Source: Escherichia phage EK010. Taken from it: 64,000 bases of DNA. Position 1 is the first letter of the stretch; the number at the start of each line of letters is the position of its first letter. The stretch is taken from the sequence record NC_070981.1, one strand, 5' to 3'. Of the stretch, positions 18,438 through 26,732 are shown piece by piece. The notes beneath the pieces were generated by a model. It made no database searches and was not told where the DNA came from. It worked only from the letters and a program-made list of their open reading frames with translations. The translations under genes were made by a program, and so were the position numbers.

Positions 18438-18637
18438 GAACATTGTGGACTCTTGACTGTCAAGATGATGAAGGAGAGCGTTGGACTTGGAAATATTTCC
18501 TAGATAAACCAACACCTGATAACCCTGCTTTAGATTTTACTTCATATGAAGATGCTAAGAAGTTAGTAAACGGAGAAAAGGTTTGGTCTCCGGATGATGA
18601 AGTTCAATACTTTTTAACAGAACGGAAATTTTCATAA
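18434..18637 (+). CDS. hypothetical protein (67 aa)
   Basis: ATG overlapping upstream stop. Confidence 0.45.
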   Translation: MRTLWTLDCQDDEGERWTWKYFLDKPTPDNPALDFTSYEDAKKLVNGEKVWSPDDEVQYFLTERKFS

Positions 18638-18957
18638 TGATTGACAGTAATACATTTAGGACTGGTAACGGAAACGAGATTAGTCCTGCTGAAGTGATTA
18701 AACGACACAGAACGCAGATGCTTATCCATTCCTATCTGTATTATTGGTTGGATGACCCAATCTGGTCTGATGACAAATGGCAACAAGTGGCTGATGACTT
18801 AACCACTTTGCAAGAGATGTATCCTGAGCCTATCGGATTCTTTGATTCAGAGTTCAATGGATGGAATGGCTCCACTGGTATGCATCTTCCTCATGACGAG
18901 CGTATAGCTTGTATGGCTACTGAAGTATACCGTTTACATAAGGACAAATCAATCTGA
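18637..18957 (+). CDS. small protein resembling the N-terminal Ia (NMN-binding) domain of NAD-dependent DNA ligase
   Basis: 'HSYLYYWLDDPIWSDDKW...LTTLQEMYPEP' aligns by eye to LigA '[21 protein letters not shown]...LETKHPEL'; no KxDG adenylation motif nearby. Confidence 0.4.
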   Translation: MIDSNTFRTGNGNEISPAEVIKRHRTQMLIHSYLYYWLDDPIWSDDKWQQVADDLTTLQEMYPEPIGFFDSEFNGWNGSTGMHLPHDERIACMATEVYRLHKDKSI

Positions 18958-19139
18958 AATGTTTTAAATGTGAATCAACTCTTCTCCATTTGGACTCGAA
19001 AGTAATACGGGAGCTTGCCAAAGGCTCCCCGACTAAAGGGAAGAATAAGAAGTTTGTCGAAATTAAGGTTATAGGTATCCATTGCTCAGAGTGTAAATCC
19101 TGTAGCTTCTTATATGAAGAACACGGAGGTAGGAAATGA
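18942..19139 (+). CDS. candidate zinc-ribbon protein with no canonical start codon
   Basis: 66-codon open frame filling the gap before phoH, ending in TGA that overlaps the phoH ATG; C-x2-C-x37-C-x2-C-x2-C; only ATC/CTG available as in-frame starts; -1 frame relative to upstream ORF. Confidence 0.3.
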   Translation, partial: GQINLKCFKCESTLLHLDSKVIRELAKGSPTKGKNKKFVEIKVIGIHCSECKSCSFLYEEHGGRK

Positions 19140-19873
19140 GTCGTAGAGAATCTCGGAAAGCATCACGGAGAGAATTACGTCGTGAAGCTCTCGTCACCAA
19201 GAAAGGAAAGCGGGAATTTGAAGAAGTAGTTCTTGCTAAGCCGGTAGTACCTCAGAACCAATTCCAGAGTGAGCTGCTTAATGCAATTAAAACCAAACAG
19301 GTTGTATTCACAGATGCTCCTGCTGGTTGTGGTAAGACCTTCGTAATCACTTCTACAGTGATTGATGCTCTGAAGAGTGGGAAGATTGAGAAGATTATCC
19401 TAAGCCGACCTGCTGTTGGTATGGGTAATAGTCTTGGATTACTTCCCGGTGGACTTCGTGAGAAGTTTGAACCATACCTAATGCCAATCGTTGATGTTAT
19501 TACTCAGCGCTACGGTAAAGGTTTCTACGAATGTCAAGTAGGTAATGGTAATATTGAGTTCGTACCTCTGGAATATCTACGTGGTCGCTCGTTCAACGAT
19601 GCTATCGTGATTGTTGATGAGTTCCAGAACACTACTCCTGATGAAGCATATTCAATCATGACACGTCTTGGTGAAACCTCTCAGATGTTCTGCATGGGGG
19701 ACACTAACCAGCACGACATGCGTGGTGAGAGCGGTCTTGATTGGGCTACTGATTTCATCTACCGTCACCAGTTATTTGAATTTGCCGCTCTAGTAGATGG
19801 CGAATCAGATGATATTGTTCGTTCAGGTTTCTGTAAAGCTATTGTTAAAGCAATGGAATCTGAAAAATCATAA
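19136..19873 (+). CDS. phoH: PhoH-like ATPase
   Basis: Walker A 'APAGCGKTF', Walker B 'IVDEFQN'; GGAGG RBS. Confidence 0.7.
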   Translation: MSRRESRKASRRELRREALVTKKGKREFEEVVLAKPVVPQNQFQSELLNAIKTKQVVFTDAPAGCGKTFVITSTVIDALKSGKIEKIILSRPAVGMGNSLGLLPGGLREKFEPYLMPIVDVITQRYGKGFYECQVGNGNIEFVPLEYLRGRSFNDAIVIVDEFQNTTPDEAYSIMTRLGETSQMFCMGDTNQHDMRGESGLDWATDFIYRHQLFEFAALVDGESDDIVRSGFCKAIVKAMESEKS

Positions 19874-19876
19874 ACA

Positions 19877-19885
19877 TAATGTATA
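19877..19885 (+). promoter_or_regulatory. promoter-like motif TAATGTATA
   Basis: Intergenic, 35 nt upstream of ATG 19921. Confidence 0.45.
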
Positions 19886-19920
19886 CTCCTTAGTGTACAC
19901 TGATATATTAAGGAGTTATG

Positions 19921-20241
19921 ATGACCGATAAGGCGAAACGTGATTATGCACAAGAACGAAGAACTGCAATCGCAAGGGGTGAAACCGGCGTTGGTAGCAA
20001 GAGCGGAGATGCTCAGCGCCACCGTGCACGTCGCATCGTTGAAAAGCGCGATGGAAAAGCTGCTGTCCGAGGTAAAGATGTTGGACATAAACGATCAATC
20101 AAGTCGGGAGGTTCTAATGCGTCAAGTAACTTACGTGTTGAATCAGTCTCTCGAAATCGCTCGAACGGCGGCAAAAGTGGAGATCGTGCTGGAAAATCAG
20201 CAGGAGGAGTCAAATCGAGAAAAGGCGCTCTAAGTCAATGA
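19921..20241 (+). CDS. basic Arg/Lys/Gly/Ser-rich protein (106 aa); region also open in a second + frame
   Basis: AAGGAG RBS 5 nt before ATG 19921; TAATGTATA motif 35 nt upstream; alternative ORF 19940-20233 in another frame. Confidence 0.45.
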   Translation: MTDKAKRDYAQERRTAIARGETGVGSKSGDAQRHRARRIVEKRDGKAAVRGKDVGHKRSIKSGGSNASSNLRVESVSRNRSNGGKSGDRAGKSAGGVKSRKGALSQ

Positions 20242-20732
20242 TTCCGATTTCCGACTACTTGTCATACGACCCGGATACTGGTTTATTGATTTTTACCGAA
20301 TCTAGCTCTAAAGGTAAGAAATGGAATAAATCACATCCGGGAAAAGTGGCAGGGGCTGTTGATGAAAAAGGATATATCAGAGTTTACTTTGAAGGGAGGA
20401 GATGGAAAGCTCACAGACTTATAGCTTCTGTGCTCATACCTAACCCTGAAAATAAACCACAAATTAACCACATCAATGGTAACAAAAGTGATAATAGGTT
20501 AGAGAACCTAGAGTGGGTCACTGGTCATGAAAATATACAACATGCTTTTTCAACAGGTCTTAATGTTGGTAAAGAGAGGGATGCTAATGGAATGACTAAA
20601 ATCAACACATTGGATGTGGAGAAGATCAAGAGTTTATATGTTAAAGGCTCTACCACTCACGGAACAAGAGCACTAGGTAAGATGTTTGGCGTAAGTCACA
20701 CAGCTATCCGACATGCTTTAAGCTCAAGTTAA
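20238..20732 (+). CDS. HNH homing endonuclease
   Basis: 'NHINGNKSDNRLENLEWVTGHENIQH'; paralog of 9112-9648; followed by terminator. Confidence 0.7.
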   Translation: MIPISDYLSYDPDTGLLIFTESSSKGKKWNKSHPGKVAGAVDEKGYIRVYFEGRRWKAHRLIASVLIPNPENKPQINHINGNKSDNRLENLEWVTGHENIQHAFSTGLNVGKERDANGMTKINTLDVEKIKSLYVKGSTTHGTRALGKMFGVSHTAIRHALSSS

Positions 20733-20735
20733 TAT

Positions 20736-20768
20736 AAGGCTACCCATTTCGGGTGGCCTTTTCTTTTA
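20736..20768 (+). terminator. rho-independent terminator
   Basis: AAGGCTACCC-ATTTC-GGGTGGCCTT stem-loop then T-rich run, right after HNH gene stop. Confidence 0.6.
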
Positions 20769-20788
20769 TGTAACCTAAGGTAATAAAT

Positions 20789-21040
20789 ATGTCTAAAGTA
20801 ACTTACATCACTGTAACTGATTTCCTCCCTTCTCTGAACACAACTGAGAGCTATACTTTTCCTGTAGAAAATGTTACAAGCTCTGTTGAGATGATTCAGT
20901 TTAACAAAACAACAGCTCGTACTAATGTAGCCCTTCGTGGTCCTGATGGCAAGTTCATCTCCTTCCGTGATAAGGCTGTTCCTAAGTGTATTGCTAAGTC
21001 TATTGAAAATCTGAAACCTTTCCCTAACTTTGGTGCATAA
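20789..21040 (+). CDS. hypothetical protein, tandem paralog A
   Basis: Shares 'TARTNV..RG.DGKF.S.RD...NLKPFP' with next ORF. Confidence 0.5.
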   Translation: MSKVTYITVTDFLPSLNTTESYTFPVENVTSSVEMIQFNKTTARTNVALRGPDGKFISFRDKAVPKCIAKSIENLKPFPNFGA

Positions 21041-21041
21041 T

Positions 21042-21299
21042 ATGAAGATTAGCTTAATCCAAATTCGTGATCATCTCTTTAATGGTGACGCTCAGACTCA
21101 TGACTACAAGGTTAATCAAGGACAACACCCTACCAACCATCTTATTGGAGGGATTTCTTTATTGCCTAATAAAACAGCACGGACTAATGTAATGATTCGT
21201 GGTAAGGATGGTAAATTCCTCTCTTATCGTGATCCTGAAATCTGTGCTGATGTTCGTACAGCCATGAACAACCTAAAACCATTCCCGACAGTGGAGTAA
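21042..21299 (+). CDS. hypothetical protein, tandem paralog B
   Basis: Track ORF starts at TTG 21030; first ATG at 21042; same motif as paralog A. Confidence 0.5.
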   Translation: MKISLIQIRDHLFNGDAQTHDYKVNQGQHPTNHLIGGISLLPNKTARTNVMIRGKDGKFLSYRDPEICADVRTAMNNLKPFPTVE

Positions 21300-21302
21300 G
21301 TT

Positions 21303-21656
21303 ATGCCAGTACCTCAACGCCTAGAACGTCACTGCGTTCTCAAATGGGATAATATTCATGATAACCTCTCTATTCAAGAGTTTCGTCAGTTTATCGAATT
21401 GACAGCGAAGATTAACCGAAACCAACCAGCTCGAAACTTTGTGGTGGTTAGTGATAAGTATCCAGAGCTGTATGAGCAGGTGTGGGGGATGAAACTAGCA
21501 CAGGTTCAGAGGAATAGTAATGAACGGAGAGAAGCTCGTAGACAGCGAGCAGAAGATGTTCCAGCAGTCTTTTATGTGGATGAATTGGCTGATTCATATG
21601 AAGCTTTAGATATTGTTGAAGACAACCAAGCATTCACAGATTTAATATACCAATAA
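21303..21656 (+). CDS. hypothetical protein (117 aa)
   Basis: ATG ORF with GGAG RBS. Confidence 0.55.
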   Translation: MPVPQRLERHCVLKWDNIHDNLSIQEFRQFIELTAKINRNQPARNFVVVSDKYPELYEQVWGMKLAQVQRNSNERREARRQRAEDVPAVFYVDELADSYEALDIVEDNQAFTDLIYQ

Positions 21657-21672
21657 CTATAAGGAGTGGGTG

Positions 21673-23517
21673 ATGGATAACCCTGATAAGTTACCTTTCA
21701 TAACGGAGATGACAGTCGCTGATATAATCTCAAAACAAGCGAAGCATGGAGTCAACTTCAACAGAAGAAACGCTCGGTGGTTTGTTCACCTTCTCAAAGA
21801 GATTATTGTCAATATTGATAAAGAACTGATTCCTCTCCTCCCCAAAATGCGGGTGGATGGTTCAACTTATGCTAAGCCTTTTAAGAAATCAGGTGCTTTA
21901 CAGAAGTGGCCTCAACTCTATTGTGATAGGGTTGGTCTTAAAAGAGAAGATATCGGTGGGGCGTTTACTTGCGTTGAGTATGTAGACTTTGACCCATCAA
22001 AAGATGCACGTATCAAAGAAGCCTTGATGGATGAAGGTTTTATACCTCCAGAGTGGAATTATTCTAAGAAACCTTGGAATACTTTTGAAATTCGTAAAGC
22101 TATGAAGAAGTATGGTACATACTCTGCATGGTATTCTGCTTGGATTCGAGGTAACGCTAAAGAGAAACAGACAGCAGAGATGATAGATGCTGATATCCGA
22201 AGGTTTTTGGATAAGCACTTCCGTTATCACACTGTCAACTATATGAAAGCCTATGTCAGCGGTTTAGGTCTTAACCCTAACAGGAAGAAGCCTGTAACCT
22301 TTGATGAAATCAAAAAAGCTTTGGCTACATCAAACAAGTGGCCTACAGCCCCTACAAACCTTGAGGAGACTCTTGAAGAGGGGCTTGGGGGTGAGCTAGG
22401 GGGTGTAGGAAGTTTGCTTAAGAGACGCGTTGTAGCGGCTCACAGGCTAGGTTTGATTAGCGGGCTTATCGACAAGGAACGTAAAGATGGTAAGTTGTCC
22501 GCCGAAGCTAATAGCTGCGCTACTCCGACATTTCGTTTTAAACATCGCATTGTTGTTAATATTCCTTCTCGCGGTTTGTTTGGTCACGAGTGCCGCAGTC
22601 TTTTTCAATCTGACTATTCCTCAGACGATAGTCATAACCATCCTTTCATCATTACCAACCATATCCCTGATGGGTGTTACGTACGAAAGGGTACTAACAT
22701 TATCTACGAAATGGGAAAACCGGGCAAGAAAGACAAACCAATAGGTGCTTATAAATTTTATGTACCTGCTGGTCGTGAAATCTTCTTAGGTTACGATGGC
22801 TCTGGTCTTGAGCTGAGGATGCTTGCTCATTACCTTATCAAAGAATGTCGTGAGATGCTCGCTGAAGCAGAGCAGGAAAACAACCCAGCTAAGAAACGAG
22901 AAGCTGAACGCGGTCTAGCTTCTGCTGTTATGTACAGAGATATTCTTTTAGAAGGAGATATTCACTCACACAACCAAAAACTTGCTGGCCTTCCTACTCG
23001 TGATAATGCTAAAACGTTTATCTACGCATTCAACTACGGAGCTGGTGACGCTAAGTTAGGAAGCATCGTAGGTGGTGGCTCTGATGAAGGGGCTGTCATG
23101 AGGGCAAGATTCTTAGCAGAGAATCCTTGTATTGCAATTCTTATTGAACGTATGACAGAGAAAGCACAAAGTGGATACATCTACGGTGTGGATGGACGTC
23201 GTATTACAATGAGAAGGGATGCAACTGGAAAGGTTATGGTTCATAAAGCCTTAAACACCCTCTTACAGAGCGCTGGGGCGATTGTTATGAAGTATGCAAT
23301 GCTATTCCTTAATAAATGGATTGAGCGTGATGGTGTTCGTTGTGCGAAGGTTATTGACATGCATGATGAAGGCCAGTTCACTGTACATCGTGACGATGTT
23401 AACAAACTTCGTACCCTCACTGAAGAGTGTGTTCGTAAAGCAGGTGAATACCTCAAAATGGAATGTCCTCTTGCATCTGATTGTAAGATTGGGTTAAACT
23501 GGAATCACACTCACTAA
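21673..23517 (+). CDS. family-A DNA polymerase, polymerase domain only
   Basis: Motif A 'YDGSGLELRMLAHY', motif B 'RDNAKTFIYAFNYGAG', motif C 'VIDMHDEGQF'; ATG 21673 with AAGGAG RBS (track start is GTG 21670); no exonuclease motifs in this ORF. Confidence 0.8.
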   Translation: MDNPDKLPFITEMTVADIISKQAKHGVNFNRRNARWFVHLLKEIIVNIDKELIPLLPKMRVDGSTYAKPFKKSGALQKWPQLYCDRVGLKREDIGGAFTCVEYVDFDPSKDARIKEALMDEGFIPPEWNYSKKPWNTFEIRKAMKKYGTYSAWYSAWIRGNAKEKQTAEMIDADIRRFLDKHFRYHTVNYMKAYVSGLGLNPNRKKPVTFDEIKKALATSNKWPTAPTNLEETLEEGLGGELGGVGSLLKRRVVAAHRLGLISGLIDKERKDGKLSAEANSCATPTFRFKHRIVVNIPSRGLFGHECRSLFQSDYSSDDSHNHPFIITNHIPDGCYVRKGTNIIYEMGKPGKKDKPIGAYKFYVPAGREIFLGYDGSGLELRMLAHYLIKECREMLAEAEQENNPAKKREAERGLASAVMYRDILLEGDIHSHNQKLAGLPTRDNAKTFIYAFNYGAGDAKLGSIVGGGSDEGAVMRARFLAENPCIAILIERMTEKAQSGYIYGVDGRRITMRRDATGKVMVHKALNTLLQSAGAIVMKYAMLFLNKWIERDGVRCAKVIDMHDEGQFTVHRDDVNKLRTLTEECVRKAGEYLKMECPLASDCKIGLNWNHTH

Positions 23518-23534
23518 TTTGTAGTGGAGGAATA

Positions 23535-23726
23535 ATGACTAGACACGTACATGAAACATGGGCCATTACGGGAGCAAAAGATGCAATTGTTTGCTGTAAT
23601 GGACATTTCTGCATCTATAACACAGAAAGAAAAGCTATTCAAGAAGCGGCTGAGTTAATGGAAGAGTTTCCTGATAAAGATTTCTCTATTAAGAATCTAA
23701 CCATCAACCTTCCGTGGAAGAGCTGA
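23535..23726 (+). CDS. hypothetical protein (63 aa)
   Basis: GGAGG RBS. Confidence 0.5.
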   Translation: MTRHVHETWAITGAKDAIVCCNGHFCIYNTERKAIQEAAELMEEFPDKDFSIKNLTINLPWKS

Positions 23727-23783
23727 ATCATATTACGAAATGAACTAGTCTTATTGATTAGTTCTTTTTAAGGAGACAAGGAA

Positions 23784-23918
23784 ATGGAAGAAGTAAAAAG
23801 TTCTGAATGGTGCTTGAAGCAACAAAAACTCGCACAGGAAGAAGGACGTTTTGATGATGCCAAAGTGTATGGGGAGCTTTTTCATACATGGGTTGAACGA
23901 GAGGAGAAAGATCAATGA
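23784..23918 (+). CDS. small hypothetical protein (44 aa; below track length cut-off)
   Basis: AAGGAG RBS 7 nt upstream of ATG; fills otherwise empty + strand gap. Confidence 0.45.
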   Translation: MEEVKSSEWCLKQQKLAQEEGRFDDAKVYGELFHTWVEREEKDQ

Positions 23919-24082
23919 TGGATTTGATTCGTAAACCTGCTCCAAAATGGAATGTATATTTCCAAGATGCTACAGGAAAATTTCACAACCAACTGGTTTA
24001 TTCTGATGAAGAACGCGATGAAGTCGCTGCTCAGATTAAAGCGGATGGTGGTACAGTTCTCAAAATTTATGAAAGGGAGTAA
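23915..24082 (+). CDS. small hypothetical protein (55 aa; below track length cut-off)
   Basis: ATG overlapping upstream stop; GGAG 9 nt upstream; ends just before next gene. Confidence 0.45.
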   Translation: MMDLIRKPAPKWNVYFQDATGKFHNQLVYSDEERDEVAAQIKADGGTVLKIYERE

Positions 24083-24084
24083 TA

Positions 24085-24327
24085 ATGACTTTAACATCTA
24101 AAGAATTGAAAGAGACTCTAGAAACAACTGAAGGTAAGCAATTCTTTGTTGCACAGATTCATTCTATGGGCAAAGATTCACTACGTCAGGCTTTGTATGA
24201 ACTAACTACTGCGGTTCTTCAAACAGAAGCTGACGCTGAAGAAGCTCTAATTAAGCTAGAAGCCGCTCAGGCTGAAATTAATGGTTTGAAAGTTCGTATC
24301 AGTGAACTGGAAACACAGAATAAATAA
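24085..24327 (+). CDS. coiled-coil protein (80 aa)
   Basis: ATG ORF; heptad-like sequence; followed by UUCG-loop terminator. Confidence 0.5.
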   Translation: MTLTSKELKETLETTEGKQFFVAQIHSMGKDSLRQALYELTTAVLQTEADAEEALIKLEAAQAEINGLKVRISELETQNK

Positions 24328-24350
24328 GCTACCTTCGGGTGGCTTTTCTT
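24327..24350 (+). terminator. rho-independent terminator (UUCG tetraloop)
   Basis: AGCTACC-TTCG-GGTGGCT followed by TTTTCTT. Confidence 0.6.
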
Positions 24351-24365
24351 GTCTAAGAGGCTAGT

Positions 24366-24758
24366 ATGAATATTGGTTTAGATTATGATGACACTTTTAC
24401 AGTGGACAAGGAGATGTGGACCCACATTGTAGGTCTTATGAAATCTCGTGGACACGATGTTCGTATTGTCACTTATCGTTTTGCTCAGCCCAATGGGTAT
24501 TCAAATGAAGAGCTTCTAGCAGATGCAGCAAGTCTAGATATTCCTGTTATTTTTTGCAACGGTGTTCAGAAGGATTCTGTCACTCAGAGCTTGGGTTTCT
24601 TTGTGGATGTTTGGATTGATGACTTCCCTGTCGGTATCCCTAAAATGGACCACCTAGATGGTATGCTGAAGGGCGTAAGGCTTAATGACCTTAGAGCAGC
24701 ACCTCCGGTAGAAATAGCCTCTCCTGTGTACTCTGAAGAGCCTCTGGTGATACGATGA
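24366..24758 (+). CDS. hypothetical protein (130 aa)
   Basis: GAGG RBS; N-terminal 'GLDYDDTF' loosely resembles a DxD phosphatase motif. Confidence 0.5.
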   Translation: MNIGLDYDDTFTVDKEMWTHIVGLMKSRGHDVRIVTYRFAQPNGYSNEELLADAASLDIPVIFCNGVQKDSVTQSLGFFVDVWIDDFPVGIPKMDHLDGMLKGVRLNDLRAAPPVEIASPVYSEEPLVIR

Positions 24759-24934
24759 AGAAGTTTCTAATCTGGTCTATTGTAATTGCTCTGTTTCTTT
24801 GGGTGATGGATGCTCTTGGAGATTATAGCAAAGAAGACTGTGAGACTCGAATCTCTCAAGAGTTTAAATCAGAGACCAAGTGGGTTGATGGTCGCTGTTA
24901 CATCAAGGATTGGGGAAGGGTCTTATCAAGATGA
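24755..24934 (+). CDS. small membrane protein (59 aa)
   Basis: ATG overlapping upstream stop; N-terminal hydrophobic helix 'FLIWSIVIALFLWV'. Confidence 0.45.
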   Translation: MKKFLIWSIVIALFLWVMDALGDYSKEDCETRISQEFKSETKWVDGRCYIKDWGRVLSR

Positions 24935-25110
24935 AGAGATACAGCATGTGGTTCAATGAGGTAGAAGAGGGTTTTGATGAAGTTGGTGGTTGGGTTAATA
25001 TCCTAAACACAGACGATATAGAAGAGGCCGAGAAATGCGCCCTAAACTACAACTCTGGATATTATGAAAGAAATTGGGAGCACGATGAAATACTACAAAG
25101 TAGTTTATAA
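24931..25110 (+). CDS. small acidic protein, paralog of 25678-25845
   Basis: Track start is TTG 24910; ATG 24931 overlaps upstream stop; 'KRY..W..E..EG....GGW...L.TDD.EEAE...NY.YYE'. Confidence 0.45.
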   Translation: MKRYSMWFNEVEEGFDEVGGWVNILNTDDIEEAEKCALNYNSGYYERNWEHDEILQSSL

Positions 25111-25270
25111 GTTAAATTTATACCTTCGTGGAACAGGCAGTCTTGAAGTGTCAGGGTGTAAAGTTGTAGAAGAAGAAAACCCTATTAAAGCTGTTGAGAA
25201 GGTTAAAGAGATTATTAAGCTTGAAGAAATAGGAAGTTTTGAATTAGTTGATATTGAGGAAGTTAAATGA
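25085..25270 (+). CDS. hypothetical protein (61 aa)
   Basis: Internal ATG with GGGAG RBS. Confidence 0.4.
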   Translation: MKYYKVVYKLNLYLRGTGSLEVSGCKVVEEENPIKAVEKVKEIIKLEEIGSFELVDIEEVK

Positions 25271-25491
25271 TTTGGGTTCATACTTATAAGATTGGAAAGA
25301 AAACAGTTGACCGAATTCACTATGATGAAGCGGAAGCTCAGGCTTCTCTAGCGGTTCTTGGTGGCAAAGTTAAGAATTACATAGAGGCTGATAAAACAAC
25401 TAAGGGTGTCCCTGTTCTAGAATATCTTGGAACAAATAATCCAGTCACAGCGATGACAGTCATTAACAGCAAACAAAGGGAGATCTTATAA
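25267..25491 (+). CDS. hypothetical protein (74 aa)
   Basis: ATGA overlap with previous gene. Confidence 0.5.
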   Translation: MIWVHTYKIGKKTVDRIHYDEAEAQASLAVLGGKVKNYIEADKTTKGVPVLEYLGTNNPVTAMTVINSKQREIL

Positions 25492-25694
25492 TGTCTAAAG
25501 AGTATATTGTTAAAGCTGAAGGTAAAGGTTTGTTTCAATTCGTCACTGATGCGACGGATTATGGTCAATTGATAAACTTCGTAGAACTTGCAAAGCTCAA
25601 GGAAGAAATTGATGCTCTGTATGCCGATGAGCAATCTCGACTCCTACAAGAGTCTCTCAGTGGAGATTACATCTGCGATGGTTGCACAATCTAA
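25491..25694 (+). CDS. hypothetical protein (67 aa)
   Basis: GGGAG RBS. Confidence 0.5.
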   Translation: MSKEYIVKAEGKGLFQFVTDATDYGQLINFVELAKLKEEIDALYADEQSRLLQESLSGDYICDGCTI

Positions 25695-25845
25695 ACGATA
25701 CAAAGTCTGGCTAGACGAAGGAGCTGAATATCCTGATGGTTCTGGCTGGAAAGTTGTTCTAGAAACAGACGACAGGGAGGAGGCTGAAACGAAAGCTGAA
25801 TCCTTCAACTACTCATATTACGAGGACACATACGAGAATGGCTGA
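25678..25845 (+). CDS. small acidic protein, paralog of 24931-25110
   Basis: Internal ATG; shared motif with 24931 ORF. Confidence 0.4.
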   Translation: MVAQSKRYKVWLDEGAEYPDGSGWKVVLETDDREEAETKAESFNYSYYEDTYENG

Positions 25846-26458
25846 AGTTTATTTTGCAGGTGATGGTCACCTAGGCCATCGTAACATCTGTAACTTTAGG
25901 AAGAAGTTTAGTAGTATTGAAGAACATGATAAAGCTATCTTAGCAGCGTTTGATCATGTTACTAAACGCGATAAAACTTTCTTTACAGGTGACTGGGTGT
26001 TTGAGAAATATGCACTTGATATTATCGCTGAAGTAAAGGGAGAGAAACATCTTGTCTTAGGGAACCATGACAGATTAGAACTTCTCCCTGATATGATGAA
26101 AGTCTTTAGACATATCAGCGGTGATTATAAGTACAAAGAATTTTGGGTAACTCATATTCCTATCCACTCTGATGAAATGAGAGGAAAGTATAATATCTAT
26201 GCTCATACTCATAATTCTACTATCAGAGATTGGAGATACTTCTGTACTTCTATGGAACAAATTGATTACAGAGCTGTGTCTCTGCAAGAGATTAGAAAAG
26301 AACTGGAAAGTAGGAAAGAGTGGGTAGCTTCTTTATTACAAAAAGATCATCCAATTACCAGCGAAGTACAAGAGATGTTAAGTAAACAAGCTGAATCTAA
26401 CTTACCTTTTCAGAGAACAGTAGAACAAACTAGCTTTAAAGGTCTTTTAGAATGGTAG
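25838..26458 (+). CDS. metallophosphoesterase (calcineurin-like phosphatase)
   Basis: 'GDGHLGH', 'GNHD', 'HTHN' metal-ligand motifs. Confidence 0.6.
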   Translation: MAEVYFAGDGHLGHRNICNFRKKFSSIEEHDKAILAAFDHVTKRDKTFFTGDWVFEKYALDIIAEVKGEKHLVLGNHDRLELLPDMMKVFRHISGDYKYKEFWVTHIPIHSDEMRGKYNIYAHTHNSTIRDWRYFCTSMEQIDYRAVSLQEIRKELESRKEWVASLLQKDHPITSEVQEMLSKQAESNLPFQRTVEQTSFKGLLEW

Positions 26459-26494
26459 AAGTTATTGTTTTAAGTTAAGTTTTCTTTTGATTTT

Positions 26495-26560
26495 AATAGA
26501 GAATCAAAGTCCTAGGAGTCCTCAACCTAAATCAAGGATTTCCTTAATTCTCTATTTTTA
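26495..26560 (+). terminator. long inverted repeat with T-run (possible terminator or operator)
   Basis: AATAGAGAAT (26495-26504) and ATTCTCTATT (26547-26556) 42 nt apart, followed by TTTTTA. Confidence 0.3.
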
Positions 26561-26652
26561 TCTCGCAGGTGTCTCCTGCCCTTCGGTACTTGCAAGGGTT
26601 ACGATGATTGCCCAATATACAAGCCTGCAATAGCTTTACTAGCTATACCATA

Positions 26653-26661
26653 TATACATTA
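26653..26661 (-). promoter_or_regulatory. promoter-like motif TAATGTATA in reverse orientation
   Basis: Same 9-mer on the opposite strand in the same intergenic region, pointing leftwards into non-coding DNA. Confidence 0.25.
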
Positions 26662-26723
26662 CTACTTACTGTTATCTACTACCAAAAAGGTTATAGTATA
26701 ATAGAACCTTATCTGTATAAGTG

Positions 26724-26732
26724 TAATGTATA
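26724..26732 (+). promoter_or_regulatory. promoter-like motif TAATGTATA
   Basis: Intergenic, 59 nt upstream of SSB-like gene; TATAAT-like hexamer at 26697-26702 nearby. Confidence 0.4.

Noticed and set aside
23751-24097. Two minus-strand track ORFs (23751-23945 and 23912-24097)
   Set aside because: The same interval is better explained by two short + strand genes (23784-23918 and 23915-24082) with RBSs and stop/start overlaps.
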